Shown here in pieces: positions 19,070-31,900 of a stretch of 64,000 nt of DNA. The DNA is taken from assembly GCA_004431415.1 (NCBI GenBank), contig QPMI01000645.1, forward strand, positions 122,545 through 186,544. Reading direction: 5' to 3'. Position 1 is the stretch's first letter, and every line of letters begins with the position of its first letter. The DNA comes from Cyanophora paradoxa CCMP329. Taxonomy: Eukaryota > Plantae > Glaucophyta. Under the pieces are notes generated by a model. The model was given only the letters and a program-made list of their open reading frames with translations. It had not been told where the DNA came from and ran no database searches. The position numbers were made by a program, and so were the translations under genes.

Positions 19070-22000
19070 ATGCAATGCGGGGTTTTAACTGTGAGGTTGA
19101 CTGCAGACCGACCCCCCCGAATCTTTGAAGTGTTCCAGTTTTCACCGAAATTTAAAACAGGCCAAACAGTTCGAGTCAACGTCCATTTTATGATCTGCAA
19201 TTCGCGTTATTTGCGGACCTTGTCAAGTACAGGCAAAAGGCTTTTCCAGATGCTTCTTTGGGCCTACGACACGAGCTTTCAGCCATGTCCCCATGGAGAG
19301 GGCTTCATGCGAGAGCCGGTCGTAGTCTTCGCCAAATCGCTGAAACAGTCGAATTCAGAGGGTGCGATCTGAGCTCTTGTCATGGCTTTCTCTTGAAGTT
19401 TCCATGCAGGTGATCTGAACGGAACGGACGGCGGGAGCTCTTCTGGAATACAAAGCGATGTGCTCCTGTTCGTGGGAGTCAGTAATCTGCCTCCAGATCT
19501 GCAAGAGAAACTGCGGGGGAAATCTGGCGAAAAAGACTATTTATATGCATATATTCCCATTGCTGACGCGTGTATCAATTCAGCAGTTCGTTCAAACATA
19601 GGTACGCCTATCCTCCCTTGCAATGAACTGTCCCTGCTGACGCGCGTGTCGCTCCTTGAATTTCCCAGAGCCGCTAGTCGACGAGAACTGTGAATGGACC
19701 ATTGTTGATGTCTTTCCCTCGTCGGGCGCGAAACGTCGGGAAGACAGAGCTGTCGACAAGATCCGCGAGCGTCAGCAGAAACTGGAGGCCCGGAAGCGGG
19801 CGGCATGGAAGGCCGAAAAGCAGAGGCGACTGCGGGAGGCGGAGGAGGCGCAGGGGGCCGCCGCGCGGGCCCAGCGCGAGATCGAGAAGCAGACGCTGGC
19901 CAACAAGGTCCGCCCTGAGTTGTAATTCAATTTCCGTTTCGAATTTACCTGAGCTGCCGGCCGGGGGCGCAGGCGGCGGCGGAGCGGCTGGTGCGGCGGT
20001 CGGAGTGGGCGAAGGCGCGGGCACTGCTCGAGGGCGTGCTGGCCCGCGATCCCGACTGCCTCCCCTCCCGCCTCGCCCGCCTCAGCGCGCCCTGCCCGCC
20101 CCGCCCGCCCGCCAGCCCGCCCTCGTGTTTCTGACTCCGAGGGCAGGGTGCCTGGCGGGGCTTGGGCTTTTCGAGGAGGCGCTGCGGGAGGCGGACAGCG
20201 AGCTCGGCCCGCGCCTCGCCGCCCGCCCCGCTGGCCCCGACGCCGCCGCGATGGCCGCCGAGTGCGCCCCGCGGCGCCCCGGCCCGCAGCGCCCGCCGCG
20301 CCCCGCGCCGCGCCCGCGCCCGCGGCTGACTGGCGCAGAGTGGCGCAGCGGCGCGCGCAGGCGGCAGAGGGCATCGCGCGCCGGGCGCGGGAGGCGGCGG
20401 AGGCGGCGGCCCGGAAGGCGGAGGAGGCGGCGGCGCGGGAGGCGGCGCGGGAGGCGCAGGCCGCAGCGGTGGCCGCTCTGGGGGCGAACAAAGCTCCAGA
20501 GCAGGCCTCGGCCGGAGATGACTTGGCCGATCGGGTTGCTGCAGAGCTGAACTGGGCACCGCCACGGGATCCGAAGGCCGAGCCGGCGGCAGAGCCGCTC
20601 GTCTGCTGCGAGGCGGACTGCGGGAAAGCCATCCGCCCCTCAGAAGAGTGCGCGAGCCCGCCCGCCGCTCCTCGCCGCCCCTGCGCTGCTTTCGACACGG
20701 CCGCAGGTTCGTCGAGGTGCTCTGCTCCCGCGACTGCCGCGCCGCCGCGATGCACAAGAGCTGCTGGCCCGCCCCGCCCGCCCCGCCCCCGCCCCGCCGC
20801 CCGCCGAGACCGCGCGCGCAGGAACCGGTTCAAGCGGGACCGGGGCCGGCGGGTGGCCGGCGTGCCGTGCCCCGCCGCCGGCTGCGGGGGCGCCGTCGAA
20901 GACTCGGAGGTCCGCCGGCCCGGCGAGCCCCGCCGCCGCCACCGGCCTCGCCCCGCCGCCCCCCCGCCCCGCGAGCCGGAGCCGGAGCCCGCTGGCGGCG
21001 CGCCGGCACCAGCGCCGCCGCCGCCTCCGCCGCCTGCAGAGCGGCCGGTCCCGCGGGCATTGGCAATGCCGGCCCCTCCCGCGGAGCCCCGCGGAGGGGC
21101 GGCGGCGGCGCGCGTGCCGCAGGTGCAGCCGCTGCAGGGGACGTGCGAGCTCTGCAACAAGCAGTTCAACAGCGCCGCGCAGCTCGCCCAGGTGCGCCGT
21201 CCTCGGCCGCCCCCTTCCCCTCCGGCCTCCGCCATCCGTCACCGCGAGGGGCAGCACGTCGAGAGCGAGGGGCACCGCCGCCGCGCCGCCCAGCGCGCCC
21301 GGTGCGCCCCCGCCCGCCCTGCCTCGCCTCGCTGCATTCGCTGACCGCGGCGCAGCCTGCCGCCAGAGACCGTTCCTGCTTTTCCCACTCTTTTCCCTGC
21401 CGCTTCGGTTGCACGGAGTCCGGTCGACGCTCCTCCCGACCCCGCCCCCGCCTCCGCGCCTCCCGCCGCGGCCCGCCCCGCGCTGTGGCCCGTCGCGCCC
21501 GGCCCTGCGATGGTTCTACCCTCTACCCTTTGGCTCTACCCTCTCGCCCGGCCATGGCCCTTTGGCTCTGCCCTCCGGCCCGACGCGCTGGCCTTCCAAT
21601 CCCCATTCTATCGTTTCTATCGGGCACGTCTCGGATTGGAAGGCTACGCGCCCGCGGGGGGGGGGCACGTTTCTATCGTACCCCATTGCCTCGTATCCTC
21701 CCCGCTCCGCCCTCCGTCCTGACGCTCCAGTTTTCGTCCCCGCTCCGAGACCGCCGGCCCCGTCGCCGCAGCCCCCCGAGGCCGCCGCGTCCCCTGCTGC
21801 GGGCCCCTCCCATAGCTCACCAGTGCCTCTTCCAATCTGCTCCGATCCGCTTCCCCCTTTCACCGAGTCTGTACCTTCGGCCTTCGGCCTTCGGGCTTCG
21901 AATCCTGCCTTGGGGCCACCCCCCGGCTACGAGACGAGGGCCCCGCCCCTTCCGGCCCCTCTGCCCGCCGCCGAACCCCAGCTGCAGCCGCCCGTCTTCA

Positions 22001-23202
22001 CCGAGCCCGCGCCCGCTGCCACGCGCCCCACGCGTCCCCACCTGCAGCCCGGCGGCCCCACGCGCCCGTACCTGCCGCCGGGCGGCCCGCGCCCGCCCTC
22101 GCCCGTACCGCCCGCCCGGAGGCCCGACATTTGCCCCACGGCAAGCCCCAATTCCAGCAGCGCCGCCGGTGCCGCCGTCGCTTCCTCCGGCGCCCCTCGC
22201 CCCACCGGCCTCCTCGTCAGCTCAGCCGGTCCCACCCTCCCTTCGCCTGCTCCATTTCCCCCTCCACCAGCCCCAGCGCCGCGCCCGGCGGACCCAGCAC
22301 CCGCCGCCCCGCCGCTCGCCACGCAGCCCGCCCCGCCCGCGGCTCCGCCGCCGGTCCCGCCGCCGGCCTCGCCCTCCGCCCCGCCGGCCCCGCCGCTGGC
22401 CCCGGAGGAGGAGGAGGAGGAGGGGGAGGAAGGGTACGACTCATCGGACGAGCCGGAGGGGTACGACGTGCGGGAGTGCTCCGTCTGCCTCAGCAAGGTC
22501 GCCACCGTCCGCTTCGAGCCCTGCGGTCCGCCCCGCCCCGCCCGGCCCACGCCTGCGGCCCCGGCCCGGGTCGTGACGGGGCGGGCAGGGCACCAGCGGG
22601 CGTGCCTGGGGTGCGTGCGGACGATGCGGGGCACGTACTTCAAGGACTTCGGCGCCCACTGCCCCTGGTGCCGCGCCCCCGTCCACTCCTGGCAGCAGGC
22701 CCGCCCCCACCCCCGCTCCCGGCCCCCGCCCCCGCGCCCCAGCGCCGACGGGGCGGCAGGTGGCGGGGGAGGAGGAGTACCACGCGCCGGAGCGGTGCGT
22801 GCGCTGCCGCGCCCTGCGGCGGCCCGCGCCCCGCGACGCGCAGGTCCTCTTCCTCCCCTGCGGTGCCCCGCCCGGCCTCGGGGGCGCCGGGGGGCGGGGC
22901 TCACGGGGGCGGGGGCAGGGCACTGGGACCACTGCCTGCGCTGCGTGTGCGAGCTCGCGCGGGCCGCCGCCGCCGCCCAGCCGCACTGCCCCGCCGCCGG
23001 CTGCGGCGCCCCCGCCCGCTGGCACGGGCCCCGCCACGGGCCCGAGGCCGCCTCCCAGCGCCGCGCCCTCGCCGCCGCCGCCGCCGGGGGCGGGGCGCCG
23101 GAGGCGGGCGGGCTTGAGCGCCGGTCCTGCTGCACTGCGGCGCTGCTGTACATGTTCGACTTCAGGACTCTCTTTTTCCAGTGCGGGTCATGCCAGAGAT
23201 AG
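19070..23202 (+). CDS. Host multi-exon Zn-finger/RING protein gene, copy 1 (5' end apparently cut by element 1)
   Basis: GT-AG short GC-rich introns; CELCNKQFNS..QHVESEGH zinc finger; RING-like CSVCL..EPC(G)HQRACLGC..CPWCR; Pro-rich linker. Confidence 0.7.
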
Positions 23203-25299
23203 ATATTGAAACGAGTTTCTGTAACCCTGTACCCTTCGCTTTGTATACGTGCTTCTGTACCCCTCCTTTATTTTTGGGCTCTGTACCCTTTCATCCTTTC
23301 TCTTTCCTTCGAGATTGAAGCGTAAGTATTGCAGCTACGTATGTATGCTATGTATATTATACGTAGACCTTTGAATACGCCCTCTAGCTCGGCGTAGGGG
23401 CCGCCCCCGCCGGGGTTCCCCTCGGCCGCGGCGAAGGGGCCGTCCCCGGGGGCGCCCTCGAGCTCGGCGGTGGCCAAGGGCCCGCCCCCCGGCGCGCCGC
23501 CCTCGAAGCCGGCGGCGGCAGCTGCGGTGCCTCCGCCCGCTAAGGCGGCTGCGAAGAAGGAGGAGGAGCGGGAGACGCTCTCGTTCCTGGACACGAGCGA
23601 CTTCGAGGAGGAGGACACGGACTTCGACATCACCCACGACCACCTCGCCGGCGCCGGCCTCTAGAACCAGCCCCGGCCGCCGCCAGCCCCGCCGTAGCTA
23701 GGCCCGCACCGGCGGAAAGGCCGAGATCTAGAAATCTGCGTCTAAATGAAGCGCTCATGCACGTGCACAGCTTCGCCAAATTTGCGAAGCTGGGTGGGGT
23801 ATCGAGAGCGATCCGACCCCGTTGCATTCTGGCCCCGCTCAAACCACCGGAGCTCGAACAGCCTCGAAGCCGCCGCGCCCCGGAGCACAAGCGACGCGCG
23901 GATCGTGATCCTGAGGTCGATCTCAAGCCTTCGAGCGGTAGTCCGCCGATCGTGCGCGTCTCCGGCGCCCGCGCTGCGCACAGGCGCCGAACGGCGCGGA
24001 TCGGGCGCCCGCAGCAGGACGAAGCGGCCCACGCAAGCCTGTGCCTCCTATGAGCGCTTGAGAAGCAGCTCGGCTCTCTCCCTGCACCGCAGCTGCAGCC
24101 CGGATCATCATTCGCAACGTTCGCATGCATATGCGCATGCGGGGCCGGCGCGTCTCTCGGCTTGTTCCGGAGCTTCCAGCGTAGCGCAACCTCTAGCTAG
24201 TAGCCTTTAGCTATAGTGTGCAAGTGTACCAGCGCTAGCATCGACTGGGATGCACACCCCGCAGCCCGGCGCGCACGCGTATACGTACGGCCGCGGCCCG
24301 CATGCGCAGCCGGTCGACGTCGACGTCGCGGCCATGTGCACGCGCGGCCGCGGGCTTTGATCGGCTGCAGCTGCAGCAGATACAGGGCCGGGGATATCGA
24401 TGATCAGCTGCATGCGCATGCGCAGCAGCAGCCACGGCCCCCGCTTTTGCAACCGTAGCTTGATGTATACATGTGTACATGTCGGTGTAGATGCGTGCGA
24501 CAGCCATAGATCGAGATGACCATGAACAGTGTGTTCCTTCAAGCTTGAGGTCGAGCTCGGAGCCGATCGCGAGGGCCGGCGCCGCGGACACAGCCGCCGC
24601 GTATTCGAATTCACGCGCCTCGAGCTCGAGCTCGTGCGAGCTCAACCTCGCGATGTCGATCGCTGGAGATGTGGAGCTATCGGCAGCATCGACAAACGAG
24701 CTGGGCGATCGGCAGCTGCAGGGTCCACCGACGACGACGTCGACAGGTACTCTTTTCCGCTGCTTAGCGCTCTAGATCTGCGAATTCGAAAGTTTATACG
24801 CATGTGCATTTCGGGCTGACTCTATTCCGTCCCAGATGGCTCACCTGGTGTCGATTTTTGCATCGATGTTGTCAGTCTCGACACCATGCACGGCTTCTGC
24901 ATTTCTTGGAAGCACACCGGTACCGATCCGAGCTCGGGATCAGCGCCCGGCTCGGCCCCCCAAACCCCTTGCAAGGCACGGCGGAAGCTTCGCCGACAGC
25001 AAGCCCGCGGTCTGCGGCTGCCTTCTCCTGAAACCTATAGCTAGGTCTGCTAAACCTCACTGATCATGACTTCCAGCCAGGAGAGCCGGATCTGGATCTG
25101 GAAGGTGCGTCCGTGGCACCCGTAAGCACACAATCGCGAGCACAGCCGGCGCCAGCGCCGGCCTCGGCAGCGTCGGGATCCGCATCGATACCGGGTGCGC
25201 ATAATGTTAATTATAAGCTGCAGCTGGCTGCGCAGCCTCTGTCCATGTCGAGCCGGGCTGCCTGTCGCTCACAAGTTCCGTGGGTCGCGCTCGGGTGGG

Positions 25300-28200
25300 G
25301 TGGTCGCATGCGCAGATGCGTTCACGGCGCTGAGGGAGCGGTACGAGGATCTGACCTCCTCCTTCCAGATCCTGCGCGCTGCCTTCGACCGCACGTTCCC
25401 GGAGAAGAAGCACCGCCCTCTGGCAGTGTTCACATTCGCGTGCAACAATCCGGGTGCGTCGGGAAAGTCTCGCTGACGCTGTTCTCGTGGGCCGGGGCTC
25501 ACGATCAGACCATCACGCGTGCCCAGGCCCCAGACTTAAGGGCGACATCCACGTCATGGAGGTGCTCAGCATCGAAGTGCCGGGAGCGGCTGGGCCTTTC
25601 GATCTGGAGAGGGACGGCCTGGCAGCGCTGAAGGCTGCGAACGAACTGTTTGACCAAATCTGTGCGCACGGGACGCGAGCCGACGATGTCAATCACAACA
25701 TAACGCGTTTCACAATCACTTATTCATCTCGCGCTCGCGCAGGCCTGAGCTGCAGTTCCATCTCCGACAAGGGCCGTCTCTTCCTACTACCCCCGATCTG
25801 GATCCTGGATCTGGTCGGGAAATGCGGTCTAGTCTCATCCCCAGAATCATGTAGGCCATTATCGTTACCTGCAAACGATTTGTGTTTCGAGAGGCAGCCT
25901 CCTGAGAACCGGGATCCCGGACCGCCCGCCAGGTTCTGCTGGCCCTCTTTCGTACCTGCTTCGTGGTCAATCGCCCCCGAAGTCGCCCCTCCTAGCCCTT
26001 CGAGAATACCTTCAACAATTCCCCGAGGACTTGGGATCTGGTTCTTCGACGCACCGCGAAGATCTCGTGTCTGCGCACCTGCTGGACTCAGGTGCGCCCG
26101 TACATGTTCTCCCAATGATCATGACCCTCGAAATTCGACGTCGAATCATCACGGCTTATATATGTTGGCCAGGCATGTACTCGGCCGCTGTCGTAATGCA
26201 CATCAGGAAGCCCGACCCGGAGGGGCCTTTCGAGATCAACCGGGACGGGCCCGCGATGGTGAGTGCGGCTCTGGCCCTCGCGCAAGAAGCGCTGCCTGGC
26301 GCCGGTGCGCACGTCTGTTGCAATTGTCGCGGTCGCGCGCATTGCGATTGCAATTGGTGCCTGCTCGATCATGAATAGCTGACGGCCTCGTGCGCGCCGC
26401 GGATCTCGTGCAGGCGTTGTCTCCGAGGTCATGATCACGGGCTGCCAGCTCTTCGTCAACTACGACAGGCGCGCGTCGGGTGGCTCCGGAGCCAGTGGCA
26501 CGCGCTGCAGCGAGCATGACCTCGCGCCACCGGGGGGGGCGGCACCGTCGTCCAGGCAGGAGCTACTAGCAGGTGCGCCTCATTTCACAGTCTGGACCTG
26601 CTCGAAACGAAAGCGTTCGGGTTTTGCATTGCACAGATTTCGTGAAATCGTACCACGCAAGTACCTCGGCAGCCGCCGATGGAGATCTGGATCCGGAGGC
26701 GAAGCAGGATGCGAAGCAGGGTGAGCCCCCGCTGCCCCGGCCGAGACCTCTAGATCTAAATTTGCGCACATGCATGGCTAGTGGGATTCTTACAGTTTGC
26801 CCTTCTATCAATTTGCAATGACAAGGAGGCCTGCGCGCAGACGGTCGCGAGTTATTGGGGCAAGTGCAAGATTCGACCAAGCTTAAGAAGAGCACTCGCG
26901 ATCGAAAGAAAGGTTCGGTTATATTATCCTCGCCCTATCAATATCGCCGCATGCACACCCCTCCGATATCGATCCTGATATCTTCCGAACTCGTGAGCTC
27001 ATCTTATCATGAGTCATGATCAAGGGCTTCGCCGTGCAGATACGCAGCTGCAGACAGCCCTGCAGCCCTGTTCGACATTGGTACCAACAGCGGCCCTCGA
27101 GAATTCGAAGAATTCTGTTCAAGCGCCTACACCTCTCGATTCCCGGCCGCGGAGCTCTAGATCTAGAGCTACGGATGGTACCATCGTCGCACAATTTCCC
27201 GTCTGCTCCGACCTCTCCGCGCCTGCTGCAAGGCTACCGGGTGCGATATCAGAAGTCCGCCTTCGTCTCCGCCCTCGAATTCCGCCCTAACCTTTAAATT
27301 TGGGGCGTATCGGCCAGCCATCTTCGAACCCGACCGCGAGCTGAGGCCCAGGGCAAGCTCGCGTAAGCCCTCCAGATCTGCGATGCCGACCCGGACCGAG
27401 TTGGATCGGGAGTTCCCCGAGAAGCGGGGCTGGCCTTGGGTGCTCGTCCTCAAGTACAATCCCGGTGCGCCTGCGCAGCGCCGAAAATATTAATCGAATG
27501 GCGGTTGCGCTTGAAATTGATGCAAGCTTCCTTTAATTTGAATCCGATGCACCGGCAGATCCGCGCGCGATGCAGATGGGAACAATCATGCGCGGCGGCT
27601 CCGACGAGGTTCTGGACATGTTCGCCGTCGAGCCGCCTGTGCCTGGACGCCCGTTCGAGCCCGCCAGGGACGTCCCCGTCGTGATGGAGGGGGCGAAGGC
27701 GCTCATCGATGCGGGTGCGGGGCAGAGCGACTCGCGCCTGATCCTGGGCGCGCCTCACGGACTTGGCCGTCGAACAGGGCTCAGGCCCAAGTGCAGGCGG
27801 GAGGAGGGCGGGCTCCTCGTGCTCCCTCCGGAAGCAATCGCGGCCAGCTGCAGCGGGACACCAGCTGCGGCGCTAGGGCCGAGCGAGACGACGACGACGA
27901 CGCGTCCAGCGCCCGCTCCGTCCGGGATGCCAGGCCTTCGACGAGGTGAGATGCCTGAAAACGGTCCACGTTGTCATAAGCCGGCCGGCAAGACGTCGCG
28001 CAGGGTTTTTCAACGCGAGCTCGAAGCCTAGGTCCCCTGCGCCAAGCAAGAGCGACCGCTGGCCATCGATCTGCCCTCCGACCGAGTCTGCCGCCAACGT
28101 TGCCGTCGACCCTGCGCCCACGCGCACGGCTCCGCAGCCGGCCACGGCTCGGCCGCGGGCAGCGCTCCCGGACGACGTCGTCGAGCTCGAGGAGCCTGAA

Positions 28201-28550
28201 GGCCTAGGCGCGCCGGCGCCCTTTCCGCCAACATCGGACCTCGTCTCGCTGCGCGTGGCGTACGAGCGGAATCACCCGTCGCTGCGCGGGCGCCTCCTCG
28301 CCCTCTGCGATCGCGACAGGCCTAGGGGAGGTGATAGCACAACACGCGCGCGCGGCCTTCTAGGTCTCATTCACTGACTCCCGACTTCTGCCGACAGATC
28401 CAGACAATCCGAGGCGGCTCGTCGTGCCTGTGGACGTACTGGGACCCGGCGAGGGAGGGCGGCCCGCCGGCGCGCTGGTGGAGTACGAGGAGGCGGTGGT
28501 CGCCGCGAAGGCGAAGCTGGGTGCCTAGGCGCCGCCGCCGCCGCGCACGC
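25300..28550 (+). CDS. Host multi-exon gene of unknown function (possibly the 5' part of RING gene copy 2); boundaries approximate
   Basis: Exon-like blocks with a recurring motif GPFDLERDG / GPFEINRDG / RPFEPARDV, bounded by GT-AG. Confidence 0.45.
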
Positions 28551-28989
28551 CTTCTGTGAGCTGACCGCTGGATCGCAGGCCTGGGCCTAGCTATAGATTC
28601 GGGGCCACCCGAGTTCGAAAACGCGCGCTGGACAGTCATCCCTCCGATGTTCGTGGGTGCGATTCCGCTCTTGTATCGCTCTGCAAAGGTCTCGCCGCCT
28701 CTGAAGTTGCAGTGCAGGGGCCTCGGAAGACGTGCTGTTTGTGCGTGCTGTGCACGAGGTGGCGCCGGTGTTCGATGTCGACGCTGTCTGCGGTGTTGGA
28801 GGCGCGGAGCTGCCGGTGGTCCGGTTGTTCCTCCTGATGTACTTGGAATCGTTTCCGGGGTTCGCGGAACACCCCATCGTCGTCTGCGGCAGAAGACTCG
28901 ATCCGTCCGATTGCGGTCAGTTGTACATTGCAATATTGTCTAGATCTGAGCTTGCGCTTTGGATCGCTCGTTGCTCTGGGTTTCTCATG

Positions 28990-31900
28990 CGCGTGCATTT
29001 ACACCAGCAGAGGCGCTCGAGGCGCCGTCGAGTGCGTTCAACGTTGACGCGATCGTAGCCGTTGAGGCGCCGCGCCCGCACGCGCCCTCCGCGGCCGTGC
29101 ACCACGGCAACTCCGTGACCGGCGCGATCTTCGGCGCCCTGGCCAAGCTTGGGAGCGAGCTGCCGGTCGACAGCTTCGTGGTTCTAAACATGAAGCGCGA
29201 CACGATCGACGTCAAATCCGGGTGCGGATACATGCATCACAGCAAGCTGCACTTTGACAGAAGCGGTGCGTGGATTTCAAGCGATATCCCTGGGTAAACT
29301 TTCCGCGCTGAAAAGATTTCAGGCTATCTTCCGCCCGTTGTCGAGAATCCTGAAGGCATGTCTCTGCCGCCCATACAATTCTCGGCCTTCCACTTCGCCG
29401 TGTGCAATGACGATGGGACGAACTGCGAGAATGTGATGTTTTGCAACGTCGGCTGGCTGATGTGCGGCAGCGACGTCGACGGCCCGCAGCTGCAGCACGC
29501 GCCGAAGACGCGGGCCGAGCTCCTGCACATGCTCCTCTGGGCCTACGACACGCGGTTCCGGCCGCGGCCCCTCTCGAGCTCGAGCTCGAGCTCGGGGTCG
29601 AGCTCCGGGGGCGCCTGGCGCGACCCGGTCGCCGTCTTCGCACAGACGGAGCGCTCCGCGGGTGAGCGCCCGCCCCCTTGCTCGCATCTGCACGTGCACT
29701 TGTACAAGCGAGCTTCTCGCGCACAGAAATGGGCGCGGAGGGGCCGAGCGACCTGCAGCTGTGCAGCGGCTTCGTCACGTTCGTCGGGGTCAGAGTCCCC
29801 GAGCTGGAGACGGGCCGCCCGTTCGACGCGGCCCGCGACTCGTCTGCCGTCGTCGATTCCGCGCACGCGTTCCTCGGTGCGCGTGCCGCCACGCCCGATG
29901 GTATAAACAAACCAAAGGACCGCTCGCCCTTGAATACGCACGCGCGACCAGACGCGCTGCCGCTTCTGGATGAGCAGTCCTGCTGGGCGTTCGTGGAGCT
30001 GGTGCCCCCGCACTTCGCGGCGCCCTCGCAAGCGAGCCAGGAGGCGGCTTCCCAACAAACGGCCGAGGCCAAGGCTCGCTCGGCCGGCGCCGGCCGCTCG
30101 AAGAGCTCCAAAGCCGCCCCGGCCGACGACGCGGCCGCCCGAGCCAGCGCAAAGCGGGGCGCGAGGAGGGCGGGGCAAGGAGGAGAGGGCGGGCCCGGCC
30201 CCGGTCCCGGGGAGGAGCTGCAGGGCGTCGTCCGCCGCATCCGCGAGCAGCAGCGGCGGCGGGAGGAGCAGGAGCGCAAGGCGCGGGAGGCCGAAGCGGA
30301 GCGGCGGCGGCGGGCGGAGGAGGCGCGGCGCGAGGCGGCCGCGCGGGCGGCGGAGGAGGCGCAGGGCGCCGCCGCGCGGGCGCAGCGCGAGCTCGAGCAG
30401 CAGACGCTGGCGAGCAAGGTCTGCCTGCCTCGGGTTTCGCTTCCTGTTGAACGGACCTAACATACCCGCGCAGGCGGCGGCGGAGCGGCTGGTGCGGCGG
30501 TCGGAGTGGGCGAAGGCGCGGGCACTGCTCGAGGGCGTGCTGGCCCGCGATCCCGACTGCCTCCCCTCCCGCCTCGCCCGCCTCAGCGCGCCCCGCCCCG
30601 CCCGCCCCGCCCGCCAGCCCGCCCCGTTGTTCCGCGCCTGACAGAGGGCCGGGCAGGGTGCCTGGTGGGGCTCGGGCTCTTCGAGGAAGCCCTGCGCGAG
30701 GCGGAAATCGAGCTCGGTCCGCGCCTCGCCGCCCGCCCCGCCGGCCCCGACGCCGCAGCGATGGCCGCCGAGTGCGCCCCGCGGCGCCCCGCGGCGCCCG
30801 CCCCGTCCCGCGCCCGCGCCCGCGGCTGACTCTAGCGGTGGCGCAGAGTGGCGCAGCGGCGCGCGCAGGCGGCGGAAGGCATCGCGCGCCGGGCGCGGGA
30901 GGCGGCGGAGGCGGCGGTGCGGAAGGCGGAGGAGGCGGCGGCGCGGGAGGCGGCGGCGCGGGAGGCGCAGGCCGCAGCGGTGGCCGCACAGGTCTCGGCT
31001 GAAGATGAGCTGGCCGATCGGGTTGCCGCTGAACTGAACCTGGCACCGCCTCCGGATCCAAAGGCCGGGCCGGCGGGAGAGCCGCTGGTCTGCTGCGAGG
31101 CGGACTGCGGGCAAGCGATCCGCCCCTCCGAAGAGTGCGCGAGCCCGCCCGCCGCTCCTCGCCGCCCCTGCGCTGCTTTCGACACGGCCGCAGGTTCGTC
31201 GAGGTGCTCTGCTCCCGCGACTGCCGCGCCGCCGCGATGCACAAGAGCTGCTGGCCCGCCCCGCCCGCCCGCCCCCCGCCCCGCCGCCCGCCGAGACCGC
31301 GCGCGCAGGAACCGGTTCAAGCGGGACCGGGGCCGGCGGGTGGCTGGCGTGCCGTGCCCCGCCGCCGGCTGCGGGGGCGCCGTCGAAGACTCGGAGGTCC
31401 GCCGGCCCGGCGAGCCCCGCCGCCGCCACCGGCCCCGCCCGTCGCCCCCGCCCCGCCCGGGGGCCGGAGGCGGAGCCCGCCGCCGGAGCGCCGGCACCAG
31501 CCCCGGCGCCGCCTCCGCCGCCCCCAAGCGGCCGGCCCCGCGGGCGGCGGCAGTGCCGGCCGCAGCCGCGGAGCCCCGCGGGGAGCAGTGGCGGCGGCGC
31601 GCGTGCCGCAGGCGCAGCCGCTACAGGGGACGTGTGAGCTCTGCAACAAGCAGTTCAACAGCGCCGCGCAGCTCGTGCAGGTGCGCCCCCCACGGCCGCC
31701 CTCCGCCCCTCCGGCCATGGGCCGCCCCTTCACCGCGCGGGGGCAGCACGTCGAGAGTGAGGGGCACCGCCGCCGCGCCGCCCAGCGCGCCCGGTGCGCT
31801 CCCGCCCGCCCGCCCCGCCCCGGGCCCGCCCCGCTGCATTCGCTGAACGTCGTGCAGCCTGCCGCCGGAAATCGTCCCTGCATTTCCCATTCTTATCCCT

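Larger units (their letters stand above)
1..19074. mobile_element. Endogenous Polinton-like virus, element 1 (left part outside window; right boundary approximate, ~18.95-19.09 kb)
   Basis: AT-rich, intronless, gene-dense block with ATPase, MCP, pentons and fibre in the same order as TIR-bounded element 2; switches to a GC-rich host gene near 19.1 kb. Confidence 0.88.

Noticed and set aside
1-19074. Bacterial prophage or contaminant contig
   Set aside because: The A32-type ATPase, pentons and synteny with the TIR/rve/pPolB element indicate a eukaryotic PLV; no terminase or portal is present
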